A stretch of 63,549 nucleotides of DNA, counting the filler, from Bonamia ostreae (taxonomy: Eukaryota), in the NCBI GenBank assembly GCA_040357525.1. It is 16 parts of 16 records of this genome, joined end to end, with 100 filler letters (N's around TTAATTAATTAA, not from the genome) between each part and the next. Parts side by side here need not be neighbours in the genome. Positions count along the whole stretch, not along the records: positions 47,897 to 51,735 come from JBDODL010000408.1; positions 51,836 to 55,674 come from JBDODL010000409.1; positions 55,775 to 59,613 come from JBDODL010000410.1; 13 more parts are not named here. One strand, written 5' to 3'. The position numbers and the translations under genes are program-made. Below, piece by piece: positions 47,897-59,047 of this stretch; the first letter of the stretch is position 1, and the number at the start of each line of letters is the position of its first letter. Below the pieces are notes generated by a model. It had not been told where the DNA came from. It worked only from the letters and a program-made list of their open reading frames with translations, and ran no database searches.

Positions 47897-50800
47897 TTAG
47901 TACCATTCAATTTGCTAACTGTTTCACCCGATTTACGAAGTTGATCGTCACGTCGTACATTCTCTTGTTTTAATGTATTAACAGATTCTCTGAGAGCAAC
48001 CAGTTGTGATTCGCATTGGCTTTGTAATTCATCACATTTGGCACGATGATCGGATGCTTGTTTATTTAACGCATTATTCAAGCGTGTAATATCTTCCTCA
48101 CACTTTTTTTTTTCATTTCGAAGTATGTCAATTTGTTTTTCGAGATTCTGTATTTGGCCAAGCATCTCACCATTACTATATTCTAATCGTTTGTTCAACT
48201 CGGCGGCCTCCTTCAAATTGGATTCTAACAGTGTAATACGTTGCTCATTGTTTGTCATTGTGGACTGCGCCATCTTTGACGTTTCTGTACTCTCAGCAAC
48301 GGTCTGTCGCAATTTGTCTTCCATGTTACGCACGGTGCCTGTAGCTGTACTCAGCTTAGTTTTAGTCGTTTGTAATTCATTTTTATTGGATTCTAATTCT
48401 CGCCGAATGGACGCAAGTTGCGATTCGACCTCTGACGACTTGAATCGCGACTGCGACAAGTTTTCATTAACGATTCCATAGTTTTCCTTAACCCGCTCAA
48501 GTTCTGATCTCAATGTATTAACTGTAGCTGTAATGGTTTTGCATTTTTCACGCTCATCCTCTAAGTTTTGTTTAACGGTGCGCAAATCATCATTTAATTT
48601 ATTCACGTTTCTTCTACTTTTATCCAAGCTGGAATCCGATTCTTGCAAACTTTTTCTACATTTCTGTAATTCGGTATCATCCCTCTTCTTGCATTTCTTA
48701 GCGGCGTCTAACTCAGAATTTAACTGTAACGAACGATTTCGTATATTCTCCAATTCGGTTCGCGCCCCCTCCAACTCAGTCTTAGTGGTATTCAATGTGG
48801 AATTCAATCTTGCCGAAGACTCTCTAGATTTCTTTAAATCATCTGCCTTATTCCTTACATTTTCTTTAGCGGCTTCTAATTCGATAGCTAAAGCGTTATA
48901 ATTATCTCTTAAAGTATTGAATCCCGATGTCGACTCTTCATAAAGGTTTTTATACCCGCTAGCGTTTCGCAGATCAGCAATTAACTGCTTAACTTTTTCA
49001 TCAGCAGCACCACATTTTTCTTTATATTCCGACAATTCCGCCCGAACCGTTGTCAATTCACAATCTTTATTATTGCACGTGGACTGTAATTCCCCAATCT
49101 CGTCACTAAGTGGTTTTTTTTCAGTTCTCAGCGCTTCCAATTCCGATGTCCACTGCGAAACAACTTTAGCGTTATTAACCTGTTGATCAGAAAATTTATC
49201 TCGTTGATCGGCATAGTCCCTACGACTTTCCGACAACTCAGTTTGTGTCGTACGCAAGGTCGATTCAATACGTTCTAAGTCTGCAATCAGCTTCTTATTT
49301 TGTACCATAACATTGAGAGATTCTGCAGCCTTCGCAGTATGAATCCCTTTAACGATTTCCATCTTACTTTCAACCGTTGCCAATTCTTTACGTTTCTCAT
49401 CTAATTCGGCATATACCTTAGCACATTCATCATTTTTTTCTATCAAATTGGCACCGAGGGTAATATTAGTATCGGTCACCGATTTAGTATTGGTTATCGC
49501 TTCTTGTGCCTGATCAGCATAATTATCTCTTTCTTGTTCAGCCGTTTTACATTTTTGTGATAGATGCTCGACTTGCGCATGTAAGACTCCGATATCGTGA
49601 TTAGATTTCTCACGTAGCTGATTAATTTCGTCCGTCAAATCTACATTTGTTTGCGCACATTTAGTATGCGCATTCTTAACCTCCGCATGTAGTTCTTTAA
49701 GTTTGATTAGTTCATCGTTCGTACTATTATAATTGTCTGCAAGAGTTTTGTATTCTTCAACATATGCTCTCGCTTGACCTTCAATAAGGGTATTACTGCT
49801 CTGAATCGTATTGATTTGTCCTTAATGCGCTACGATAGATTCATCCTTGAGTCTAAGTTCTGTTCGTAGTCTGTCCAGTTCATGATGTAATGTTCGCATT
49901 GTGTCAGACAATCGGTTAAATTCACCTTTCGAATCCTCAAGTTCGGTTGTAAGTTGATCGATTGATGTTTTGCTCTGTTTTTGTAATGTTTTAAATTGTT
50001 GTTGTAAGTTCTTGTTTTTTGTCTTAATCTTCTGTAGGTTACCATTTGTAGCATCTGCGGCATCCGCTCGATCAGTTTGATGGCTAGCAGTATTTTTTAG
50101 TCTCACATTCGTGGTATATAAACTATGTATTTCTTCACACGCTCTATTTACAATACATTCAATATTGGTTTCACTTGCTTGTCGTCCATTCGGTCGGGCA
50201 TCGTTGTTCGAAAGAGTCTTATTCAATTTTTCTACACATCTAGAGATAATCTCTGATTTCTGTTGATGTGCTAACTCGGTATCGTCATATGTATGTTTTA
50301 ACGCATCGAAGTCCTGTTTAGAAGTATGAATCAGCGAGTCTCTTCTTTGTAATTCATTATTCACTGTTTGGAATAGATTGAAGTGAATGTCTTCTTCTAC
50401 AGATCTGTTTAGAATGGTCGCACCGAAATCGCGTATGGATTGAACAATATCGGCTTCGCTTTTAACATTCAGTGTTTCACATCCAAGGACCGATCCGATT
50501 GTCCTTATATCCTCTTTCTCACACATAGGGATTATCGTTTGGGTTTGTGCATCATGCAGTATCTGGTTAATAAGATTATTTAAGCGCATCGTATACGTAT
50601 ATAATCCCTCTGTATTAACATAATTTTCTTGTGGTGCATCGGTAGCAATTTCGCTATTATAGAACCCTCTCAACCCAACCAGGGCAGTATATGCTTTCAT
50701 ACATTGTGAAGCGCACTCTGAAGTCGCAATATCCGCACCAATTAGATTAAACTCCATACCCTCAGTCGTTTGTATGTCAACAGGCTTACCACTCTGTAGG

Positions 50801-51507
50801 TATAAGATATATTGCGCAATTGGTAGTGGCATAGTTTTAATAACGTCATATATCTTACCAGAGCATTGTTCCGTCTCGTACACTACGTTGTAAGTAACCT
50901 CCGAGCTTATAACAGTAACCATCGTATCCCTAATTTGTTTGTTCGAAAATCCAGCTTTGAATGATGCTATAAGAATTTGCCTGTTCGCTAAATTCAATCT
51001 AGTAATGCACGTGGCAAAAACTGCTAACACTCGATCTATGTTAACACCAGCTAGTTTAAGCACATCGCCAAAAAAATATTTTGCGTAATCGTGAGACGCC
51101 GACAGACACGATGCCGTGAGTTCCAGTTTTTCAATAGTATGTACCATTTCGTAAACTTCGTTCGATAATTCTATCACATCTTTAGGCATAAATTTAGCAA
51201 AGTTTATAATCAGAGATATGAGACCTTCGGCGTCACTTGGGTACACTGTTTCGGGTGCGGGATAACATACTGCATTACGTAGCACGCCTAACACACCATA
51301 TAAACGTTTCTCCAAGGCTTCCATATGTAAGATACTCACATTGTTATCGATATTTTCGCGATCGAGGTGTCTGCGTATGATAGACTCGAGCTCTGCTTGT
51401 CGTCCATCCCAACCAATAGCATGGTTGTAAAAGTTCACGCTTATTATACCGTTTGTATTAAACTGCAGCTGTGGAAATAGGTCGGCATTTTCGGTGTCAA
51501 CATCCAT
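47897..51507 (-). pseudogene. Intronless ~1200-codon coiled-coil protein frame with a single in-frame TAA at 49824-49822; 3'-partial, foreign or virus-like
   Basis: ORFs 51507-49822 and 49638-47897 share one frame, and the 61 codons between them are open. Long heptad region. Confidence 0.6.
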
Positions 51508-51523
51508 TGTATCTGTCGTAGTT

Positions 51524-51735
51524 TTAACAATCTAGTGAAAAAACAGTAACAAACAGGTGTTTATTTATATCATCGATACTCGATGTGGATAATTTATTAA
51601 TAAATAATAATACAACACAATTCAACAGTTTAGCTATACCAGCGTTGATTTGTGGATTCGATATCCGATGTATAAGAGTCTGAATCTGAACCGTCGTCTG
51701 TAGGTTGTACACAGGTAGAATCTTCATGAGTATAT
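51524..51735 (-). CDS. 3' end of an unknown gene upstream of the coiled-coil gene
   Basis: Frame open from the scaffold edge. Its stop is 16 bp before the next ATG. Confidence 0.45.
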
Positions 51736-51907
51736 NNNNNNNNNNNNNNNNNNNNNNNNNNNNNNNNNNNNNNNNNNNNTTAATTAATTAANNNNNNNNN
51801 NNNNNNNNNNNNNNNNNNNNNNNNNNNNNNNNNNNTTCGAAAAATTGTTAGAAAAAAATATTTGGTTAGAAAAAAATGTTTGAAAATAAATGCTACAAAA
51901 AAAAACT

Positions 51908-52116
51908 TGCAACAAAACAGTGACAGTTCCAAACGAATGCCATAAAAGAGGAGCCAGGTTTGGATGTTTTTCTCGTTCTTTAGAAAGGCAAATCAAAGCG
52001 TTTTCGCGAGTTTTAGGCTCGATCAGTTCCAAAATGATGTGATGAAAATAGGACAGATTCGTATCTGTCTTTTGTACTGACGAGAAACTTTGTTTGTTCA
52101 AGTTTTGCGAAGCCAT
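51908..52116 (-). CDS. CNOT9: CCR4-NOT subunit 9 (Rcd1/Caf40), first exon
   Basis: [34 protein letters not shown] followed by a GT donor. Confidence 0.95.
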
Positions 52117-52227
52117 TAAGTTTTGTTAGCTTTATAAATTTAGACTTTTTTAGATCAGTCAATTTTTGCGATTTTGGAAAAATTAGCCTTTTTCGATATA
52201 GCTGTTCTTGGATTGTTTTAGTCTAAC

Positions 52228-53292
52228 ATGGCGGCACTTTTTGATAATGCGATAAATATGCAGCAAAGAATAGGAATCTGGAAGTCCAGTGTTCACGACC
52301 TCAAATCCCGCCACATCGAAACACTAAAATCGATAGATTTTTTCAAATCTGTTAAAATCCAGTTGGTCTCAAAGCAAAACAGAAAAATATCATCTGCTGA
52401 CGTTCAAGCTTTCAAAGGTAAAATCAATTCCATCCTTGAAACTTTTTCAAACGCTTTTTTGTGTTATAAGTCGAACCCGTCTGATTTATTGACAAATCTT
52501 CATTCTGTTAAATCGGCCATATTCCACAGCAATCTAGACACCGATGCTTCTTTCTGTCTAAAAAACAACAAGATTTTTATAAAAATGGACGACAATTTGT
52601 ATTATCGTTTCGGCCTTGAAGCTAAAAAATCTAGTTACAAACAGCAGCGCCAAAACAAATTTTTCCGAATTGATTTGAACAGTTCAAAACGGGCTCAAAA
52701 CCAAAAACTGGAAAACGGGCTCAAAACCTGTTTCCCGATAGGAAGAATGACCGTTTTTAGCAAATATGGCGATTCATATCAAGATTCACCATTTTTTAAC
52801 AAAGAGACAATTGCAAAAATTAACGCCAAAATGAGTCACCAAAATTTTGAAAATATTCCGTTTTATTTCCAAATTGAAAATTTGGGCAATTTTGCAGAAT
52901 TGGATAATTTGAATTGCCAAAGTTTGCTCGAATGGACTGCGAACGTCACTTCCAAAAATGATTTTATGTCTGATTTGGAGATCAAAGATTTTGTTAATGT
53001 GGATCTTTTTTGTACTTATCAAAACTTTGATACCGATGCGCTACAACATATTTTTACCGAATGCTTGTTTTGCTAAAATTAACTCTAATCTTAAAGTTGC
53101 GTTCTACAAAGTAAAGATTTGGATTTTGCCGTGTTGACTGTTTGCGGGGACCCAAATGCAGTGGTGTCTTGGAATGACAAAGAACATGGTTATGGAACCA
53201 ATGGGGACAACGGTTATGTCTTTTTCCTATTTCCTGATGGCCGGTATCTGCTGTTTCTCTGTTTTGGCCAAATGGATTTCAATTTTCAATAA
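52228..53292 (+). CDS. RPP40: RNase P/MRP protein subunit Rpp40
   Basis: MDDNLYYRFGL. After a ~30-nt intron: VLTVCGDPNAVVSWNDKEHGYGTNGDNGYVFFLF. Confidence 0.85.
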
Positions 53293-53519
53293 ATCGTTTA
53301 TTGGTCATTTTTATTCTACAATAATCTCTCCGCTTTTAATTGTTCGGGCAAATGGATGTCAGTTTAGAAAATTCGTTAAAATCTGAGTTACATGCCCCCC
53401 CCCCAAAAAAAAAACGGTAAAAACGAAACAAATTGAGTCCATCTCTGAGATTGAAACTTTAACGTTAAAATGCTCTTCAAAATGTAACTTTTGATATAAT
53501 TAAAAACTATTTTTGTAGA

Positions 53520-53554
53520 TGAAACACTTTGCTGGTGCGCAGCAAAGTGTTTCA
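53520..53554. other. Perfect 15-bp inverted repeat hairpin with 5-nt loop
   Basis: TGAAACACTTTGCTG-GTGCG-CAGCAAAGTGTTTCA, between convergent genes. Confidence 0.9.
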
Positions 53555-53616
53555 GAGGGAAACTTTAAAAAATTTAAAATAAAATTAAAATAAGTTAAAT
53601 TGTACAGATAAAAAAT

Positions 53617-54550
53617 TTAAAAATAAAATTTAGTCAAATATTCAAGAATTATAATTTCCATCTTTTTCTCGTTTTCCATCGATTTGAAGTTATTTTCGTT
53701 CATTAATAGTTTCTTCAAAAATATTTATTAAATGATTAACGGAAATTAAAAACTTTGATTTTCCCCAAACCGAATTTGCGCCAATCTTTGTTTTTGGATA
53801 AAACGGATTTTAGGCATTTTAGAAAATTAGCTTTTATCAAATTTTCTTTTTCGGTGATCAAAAATTGCTGCCATTTTTCAAAAACCGCCAAACGCTTCGA
53901 TCGAGACGATATCAAGTAAAAACGAGGATCTGAACAAAGTCTAATTTTAACGTCATTCCAATTCGAACTTTCATCAATTCCATTCTCGTCTAAAAGTTGC
54001 TTTAGTTTTACCATTTTTGAAAAAAAACTTGAAAACATTGTTCTCTGATATCGAACTCTTTTAGTTTGACATTTGTACGTCGTTTAGAACTTTTAAACCT
54101 AAATTTTGATTTTTAGCTAATTTTAAAATTAAAAAGATTAATTGTCTCATTGCCATGACACCCATTTTCGACGAAAAAAGGACTATAAAACAATGAAATT
54201 TAAAAAAATCACAGAAGACCCGCGATTTTTATAAAAGTTTTGATTTACCGACCAAAAGACATTAATACGAGCTTTAATCGGACTTTGCTTAAAAGTCGTT
54301 AACAAAATATTAGAATCAAAAATGACTTGGAAATGTCAGGGTGAATGCGGCCATTAATCGTGTTTACGAATCTGCGCTCATTTTTTGTTTCGAATTCTAT
54401 AAAAGGGGAAGGATTTTCTAAAGGGATTTTATTTTTAATGTCGTTTGGGATGGCCCACTGACTCGCCGCTGTGACATTGTTGTAAAAATAGTTTGTGTCG
54501 TTTTCTTGGTACTGCGTCCATTCGCCATAGTTCTTAGGGCTAAACTCCAT
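53617..54550 (-). CDS. Small WW plus FF domain protein (Prp40/TCERG1-like)
   Basis: W.....YFYNNVT..SQW..P and LLDENGI...SNW..VK..L.SDPRF......R..VFEKW. Confidence 0.8.
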
Positions 54551-54569
54551 TATTAGTTTAAAGATATAT

Positions 54570-54940
54570 TGACCGCTGCACTAAAATTTAGAACTCTGAA
54601 ATCCGAAAAAAGAGCTTAAAACGCCGATTTAAAATTAGTCGACTTTTACGAAGAAAAACGATTTTAGGCTCAGAAAGGAAAGTCTCGTGCTAACATAAAA
54701 AGTAACAAATGTGCGCAAGAAAAATTACGGAACAGCTTTCGAGAATGGACGGAAATCGGTTCAAAAGAGATAAATGTGTTCGAAAAGACGGAAGCGGCGG
54801 CGGAATTTAAATTGCACCCAAAATGGCAATTGCTTCGAAAAGGGGTAAATCAACGTCAAGATCAGCTCCGGCAAATTCCCCGAAAAATGGAATAAATTGC
54901 TGATTAACTTAGACTCTGATATCAACAGACTTGCATTTTA
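54570..54940 (+). ncRNA. Candidate RNase P/MRP RNA
   Basis: CR-I-like GGAAAGTCTCGTG (54677-54689) can pair with ACAGACTT (54925-54932). A P3-like stem with internal loop lies just upstream. Several small hairpins and no ORF. Confidence 0.35.
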
Positions 54941-55408
54941 CAATTTAATAAGAGACAAACGAACTAATTTAGATGGGAAGATTTCAGGGCAAAATCCTTA
55001 AAATAATCGTCGACCAAAATTTAGATGGAAAATGTTCGTCTTAAAATTCGAATTTTCTGTGAATCTTACTGAAACGTTGAATAATTTATGGAAAATTTTG
55101 GAGAAGGTGGTGGACCTATAATAGGATTTTCTCAACTCAGATTTTACCCAAAATTTAGTTTGTCTACATTTAGTGTATTCGTATACAAATAAAATTACAA
55201 ATTTTACAAATTTTAGCAAAAAAATAAAATCACATATGTTTTATACTTAAACAACATCCATAAATCCATAAACTAATAATTCCTGTACAACCCGAGCTAA
55301 ATATAATTTTTTTATTTGAATTTAATAAATGCCAAAAAGTTTGTTTTGGGAATCAATTTATTATATATCTTGTATATATTGAAAAATATTTATTTTAAAA
55401 TTAAAAAC

Positions 55409-55531
55409 ATGACAAATTCTTCGACTGCATTAAATACGCTAGAAATAGTCATCATTGCTGTTTCGGCGGTGATTTTATGCTCCGGGATTGTTTTAGTCTT
55501 TGCTTGCTTATCGAAAAAACGATGTTTTTAA
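55409..55531 (+). CDS. 40-aa single-pass membrane microprotein
   Basis: MTNSSTALNTLEIVIIAVSAVILCSGIVLVFACLSKKRCF*: N-glycosylation sequon, TM helix, basic stop-transfer. Confidence 0.55.
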   Translation: MTNSSTALNTLEIVIIAVSAVILCSGIVLVFACLSKKRCF

Positions 55532-55774
55532 ACTTATTAAAAAATTTCATATTACAAATATTTACAAATATTTGTAACTTTTTTATATTAAACAATTACG
55601 TGATTGTTTTTTTTATTAAAACGTTATATTTGAAATTTGTTTTTTGAAACAAGGCCAAAGAAATAATGAGAAAGNNNNNNNNNNNNNNNNNNNNNNNNNN
55701 NNNNNNNNNNNNNNNNNNTTAATTAATTAANNNNNNNNNNNNNNNNNNNNNNNNNNNNNNNNNNNNNNNNNNNN

Positions 55775-57646
55775 GAAAATACTTTTGGTTTTATTTTATT
55801 ATTACGCGTTTGATGCACAACAACACAATGTTGCAACGATATAGATTGTTCTGGAAAAGGAGATGATTACTCGGGAGAAATATCAGTTACCAAAAGTGGC
55901 AAAGTGTGTCAAAATTGGTATACAAACTATCCGAACAAAAACAAATTTTCCCGATCAAAAAATTTGCTAAAGAATTATTGTAACAACCCTGATCCAGCAA
56001 ACAAAGATCGACCGTTTTTTTAATTATCAAAAGATGGTGTTATTTTGCTGACAAAGTTGGATGGGAATATTGCGACATCGAATGTTCAAAATGTTTTAAT
56101 TTTTGCCATTGTTACAATAAGACATAACAATTATTAATGTTTTTTAATTTGACAACATTGCATATTTTGCGCCCAAAATTTTAATGTTACGTTGCATCTT
56201 AGCATGTAAATACCTAAGATGGATATTATGATACTTGCAGTGTGACTTTATTCTCAAAACCTGATTTTCATGGCGAAGAATGCTCAATATCACTTGAAAA
56301 AGCTGGGGACGAAATATATGTTGATTTGGAAAACAATCAATTCTGTGATTTTCCAGAAAAAGTTTTTTCGTTGATTTTGCGAGGAAGATTTTGTGCTGTT
56401 TATTTGTATAGTACTGATTATACCGGCATGTTCAAAGAAACAAATATTGTTGCTCAATTTGAAGGACATGTTAATTCAAGCGATATAAAAAACGGAAATT
56501 CTGTTAAAACTGTTTATCTCATTGATATTTCAAGTTTTTATTGTTGCCTTTATCGAGCACTTAATATTATATTTTGTTGTTACTGACATCATTCTTTTAT
56601 TGTTAATTGTTTCTTTATCGAGAACTTATTATTATATTTTATTGAGATATCATTGTTATTTTTGTAGTTTTTGATTATTATTATATTTTTATCAAGCACT
56701 TAATATTATATTTTATTGTTACTGATATCATTTTTTATTGTTAATTATTTCTTTATCGAGCACTTAATATTATATTTTATTGTTACTGATATCTTCTTAT
56801 GATTATATTGTTCTACCTACGTTTAGATGATGTCATTTTGGGGGGATATAGTGAAATATTGTTATATTTTATATCAACCTACTCATATTCGCGTTACTTT
56901 TTCGGCAATATACACCAGTGCTCTTTCGACGAAGTCGATAAATCAAAAATGTTTGGAAGCAGAATATCAAGTAGTCTTGGTTTAGCTTTACAGAACGGCC
57001 AAGAATACCCTTATTACCACGATTCGAAAACAAAAAGTGGCCAAATGGACAAAAAGACGTGGTGTTGTTTAAACGGTTTGCAAATTCTGTCAAAATACGA
57101 CAACTTTAGCTAACACCTTTTCTGTTGAAAAAAGAGCATCCGACATTATCGAAAACAAAAATGACCAAAGCAGAATCCAAAACTTATTGCAACTCTCAGA
57201 CCAGAAACGAAACAGGCACCATCCGAGGCAAAGTCTTCTCTTCAACTCGATTTCTCCGTCTTTGTTCTCTTCTCGACTTGCAACACCATTTTTCCTTCAA
57301 TGACAAGTCCTTTGAAGACGGTTGGATAGATAACAATTCCACCATTTCTCTCGCCAAAAACAATAGCGCAACTTCTATCGAAAAAGCCAAAGCTTGGTGT
57401 TGCGACTCAGATTGTCTCAACATTTACTATCCTTGTGTTACCAATGAACAATGTTGTACCCTTCTCTGTGTCAAGAACAAGTGCCAAGACTACGGTCAAG
57501 ATATAACAGATGAACCGGAAGAAGAACGTTTTAGACCGTTTTCTCTTAAAAGATTGGTCGTTTTTATAGCGTTTTTGTACACAACGGGACTTTGTCTGCG
57601 ATGCTGCTTTCCAAAGCTGCCTTCGCGAAGACCAAAAATGTCATAA
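55775..57646 (+). CDS. Kringle plus beta/gamma-crystallin-like plus Cys-rich type I membrane protein, 5'-partial
   Basis: DYSGEISVTKSGKVCQNW..NYCNNPD..RP|WCY..WEYCDI across a 20-nt intron (56014-56033); VTLFSKPDFHG; PCVTNEQCC...C; C-terminal TM. Confidence 0.85.
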
Positions 57647-58872
57647 AAACAATTTTTTCTTTACAACTTTTTGCTGCCATTCGGTCAATTTTCCAAAACT
57701 TTTTTTGGTCATCCCGAACACTTTTTCAAAATCTTTTTCTGACAAATATTTCTTAATGTTTTTAAAAAAATTTTGTAAACCTCTTTTTTGCGCTTGTCAA
57801 TCCAATTTGGCAATTTGGAATTGTCCTTTAAATCTTTGTAGTCGAAAAACTCATTTTCATTGCAACTTTTGTTTTCAAAACAATCAGAATGATATTTCCT
57901 TTCCAGACATTCTATGAATTTACCTCTTATGTTATTGTTACATTTGTAACAAGTGCTTTTTTCTGGAGAGTGTTTTTTACAGAAAAGTTTTTTATCCTTT
58001 ATATTCAAATTGTTTTCGTTCAAAAATATTCCACACTCCGAGCATCCTTTAACATCAAATAATATTTTGGTTGAAACAATAGAAAATGTTGTTACCGGTG
58101 GAAAATAACAAAACTTAGGCATTTAGGATGAAAGCAAGAACCATTGATGGCGATCATTTCATTCTTCACTTCATTGTTACAACCTTCGCATTTCTTTGAA
58201 AAGTTTTTACGGTAACAGAGAGAACAATAAAAATTTTTATCGCTCTTAAAATAGCTCTTGCTTATTTTATTGTTACACAGACAACATTTAAAATGATCAA
58301 TGTGCCATGTACCATCCTCTGTTTTTAGAAAATCGTCTTCAATGTATTGGTGACAAAAGCGACAAACAAATTTCAAATTTTCGCTACAGTTCAGACATTT
58401 TATTTTATTTTTGTTTATAACAAATTGTTGTCCGCCTAAAAGTTTGTCACATTGCGAACAGAAAAAACATTCACAGTGATATTTCTTATTATCTGCTTCA
58501 ACAAATTTTTCTGCATCGATATTTCTTTCACATTTCTGGCATTTTGTTATTTTTGGAACTCTTTTTTCTTTATTTTTTCGATATTGCACGTTTTCTTTAT
58601 TTTTTTTCAAAAAAATTTGTCAAAGTCTTAAAATTTTGATATCCTTTGTTGTTACCAGTAATATTCCTACTGTCAAATTTTGCTGAATTGCAAATTTCGA
58701 TTTTATTGCTCTTTTGTTCTTCTGCAGATATAAATTGCTCAATTGCATCAATTTTGCAATTTTCTGTTACGTCGTTTTCATTTGTTCGGTATCCTTTGGT
58801 GCAACCTTTGTTATTGCTGCAACTAGAAAATTTACCGTTTCTATTGCTAATACTGTTTTTAATTTTATCCAT
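57641..58872 (-). CDS. Multi-LIM protein with C-terminal villin headpiece (abLIM-like architecture)
   Basis: Three complete LIM motifs plus a partial fourth. After the last intron: KKE|KYLSEKDFEKVFGMTKKSFGKLTEWQQKVVKKKLFL*. Confidence 0.88.
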
Positions 58873-58975
58873 GCTTTTTACTGCCGGTTTTTGTTGTCTA
58901 TAAACTAAAAAGTAAATTTTGTTCTCTTTAATTAACTTGATATTTATTTGAAACTAAAATTTTCTAATGAATTAA

Positions 58976-59047
58976 GGGCCAATGGTCTAGTGGTATGATT
59001 CTTCCTTTGGGAGGAAGAGGTCCTGGGTTCGATTCCCAGTTGGCCCC
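58976..59047 (+). tRNA. trnP: tRNA-Pro(UGG)
   Basis: Acceptor stem GGGCCAA/TTGGCCC, anticodon arm CTTCC-TTTGGGA-GGAAG, T arm CTGGG-TTCGATT-CCCAG, then a T-run terminator. Confidence 0.98.

Noticed and set aside
56864-56882. Second AT-AC candidate ATATTTTATATCAACCTAC in the kringle gene
   Set aside because: The frame is already open, and removing 19 nt would shift it out of the downstream Cys module.
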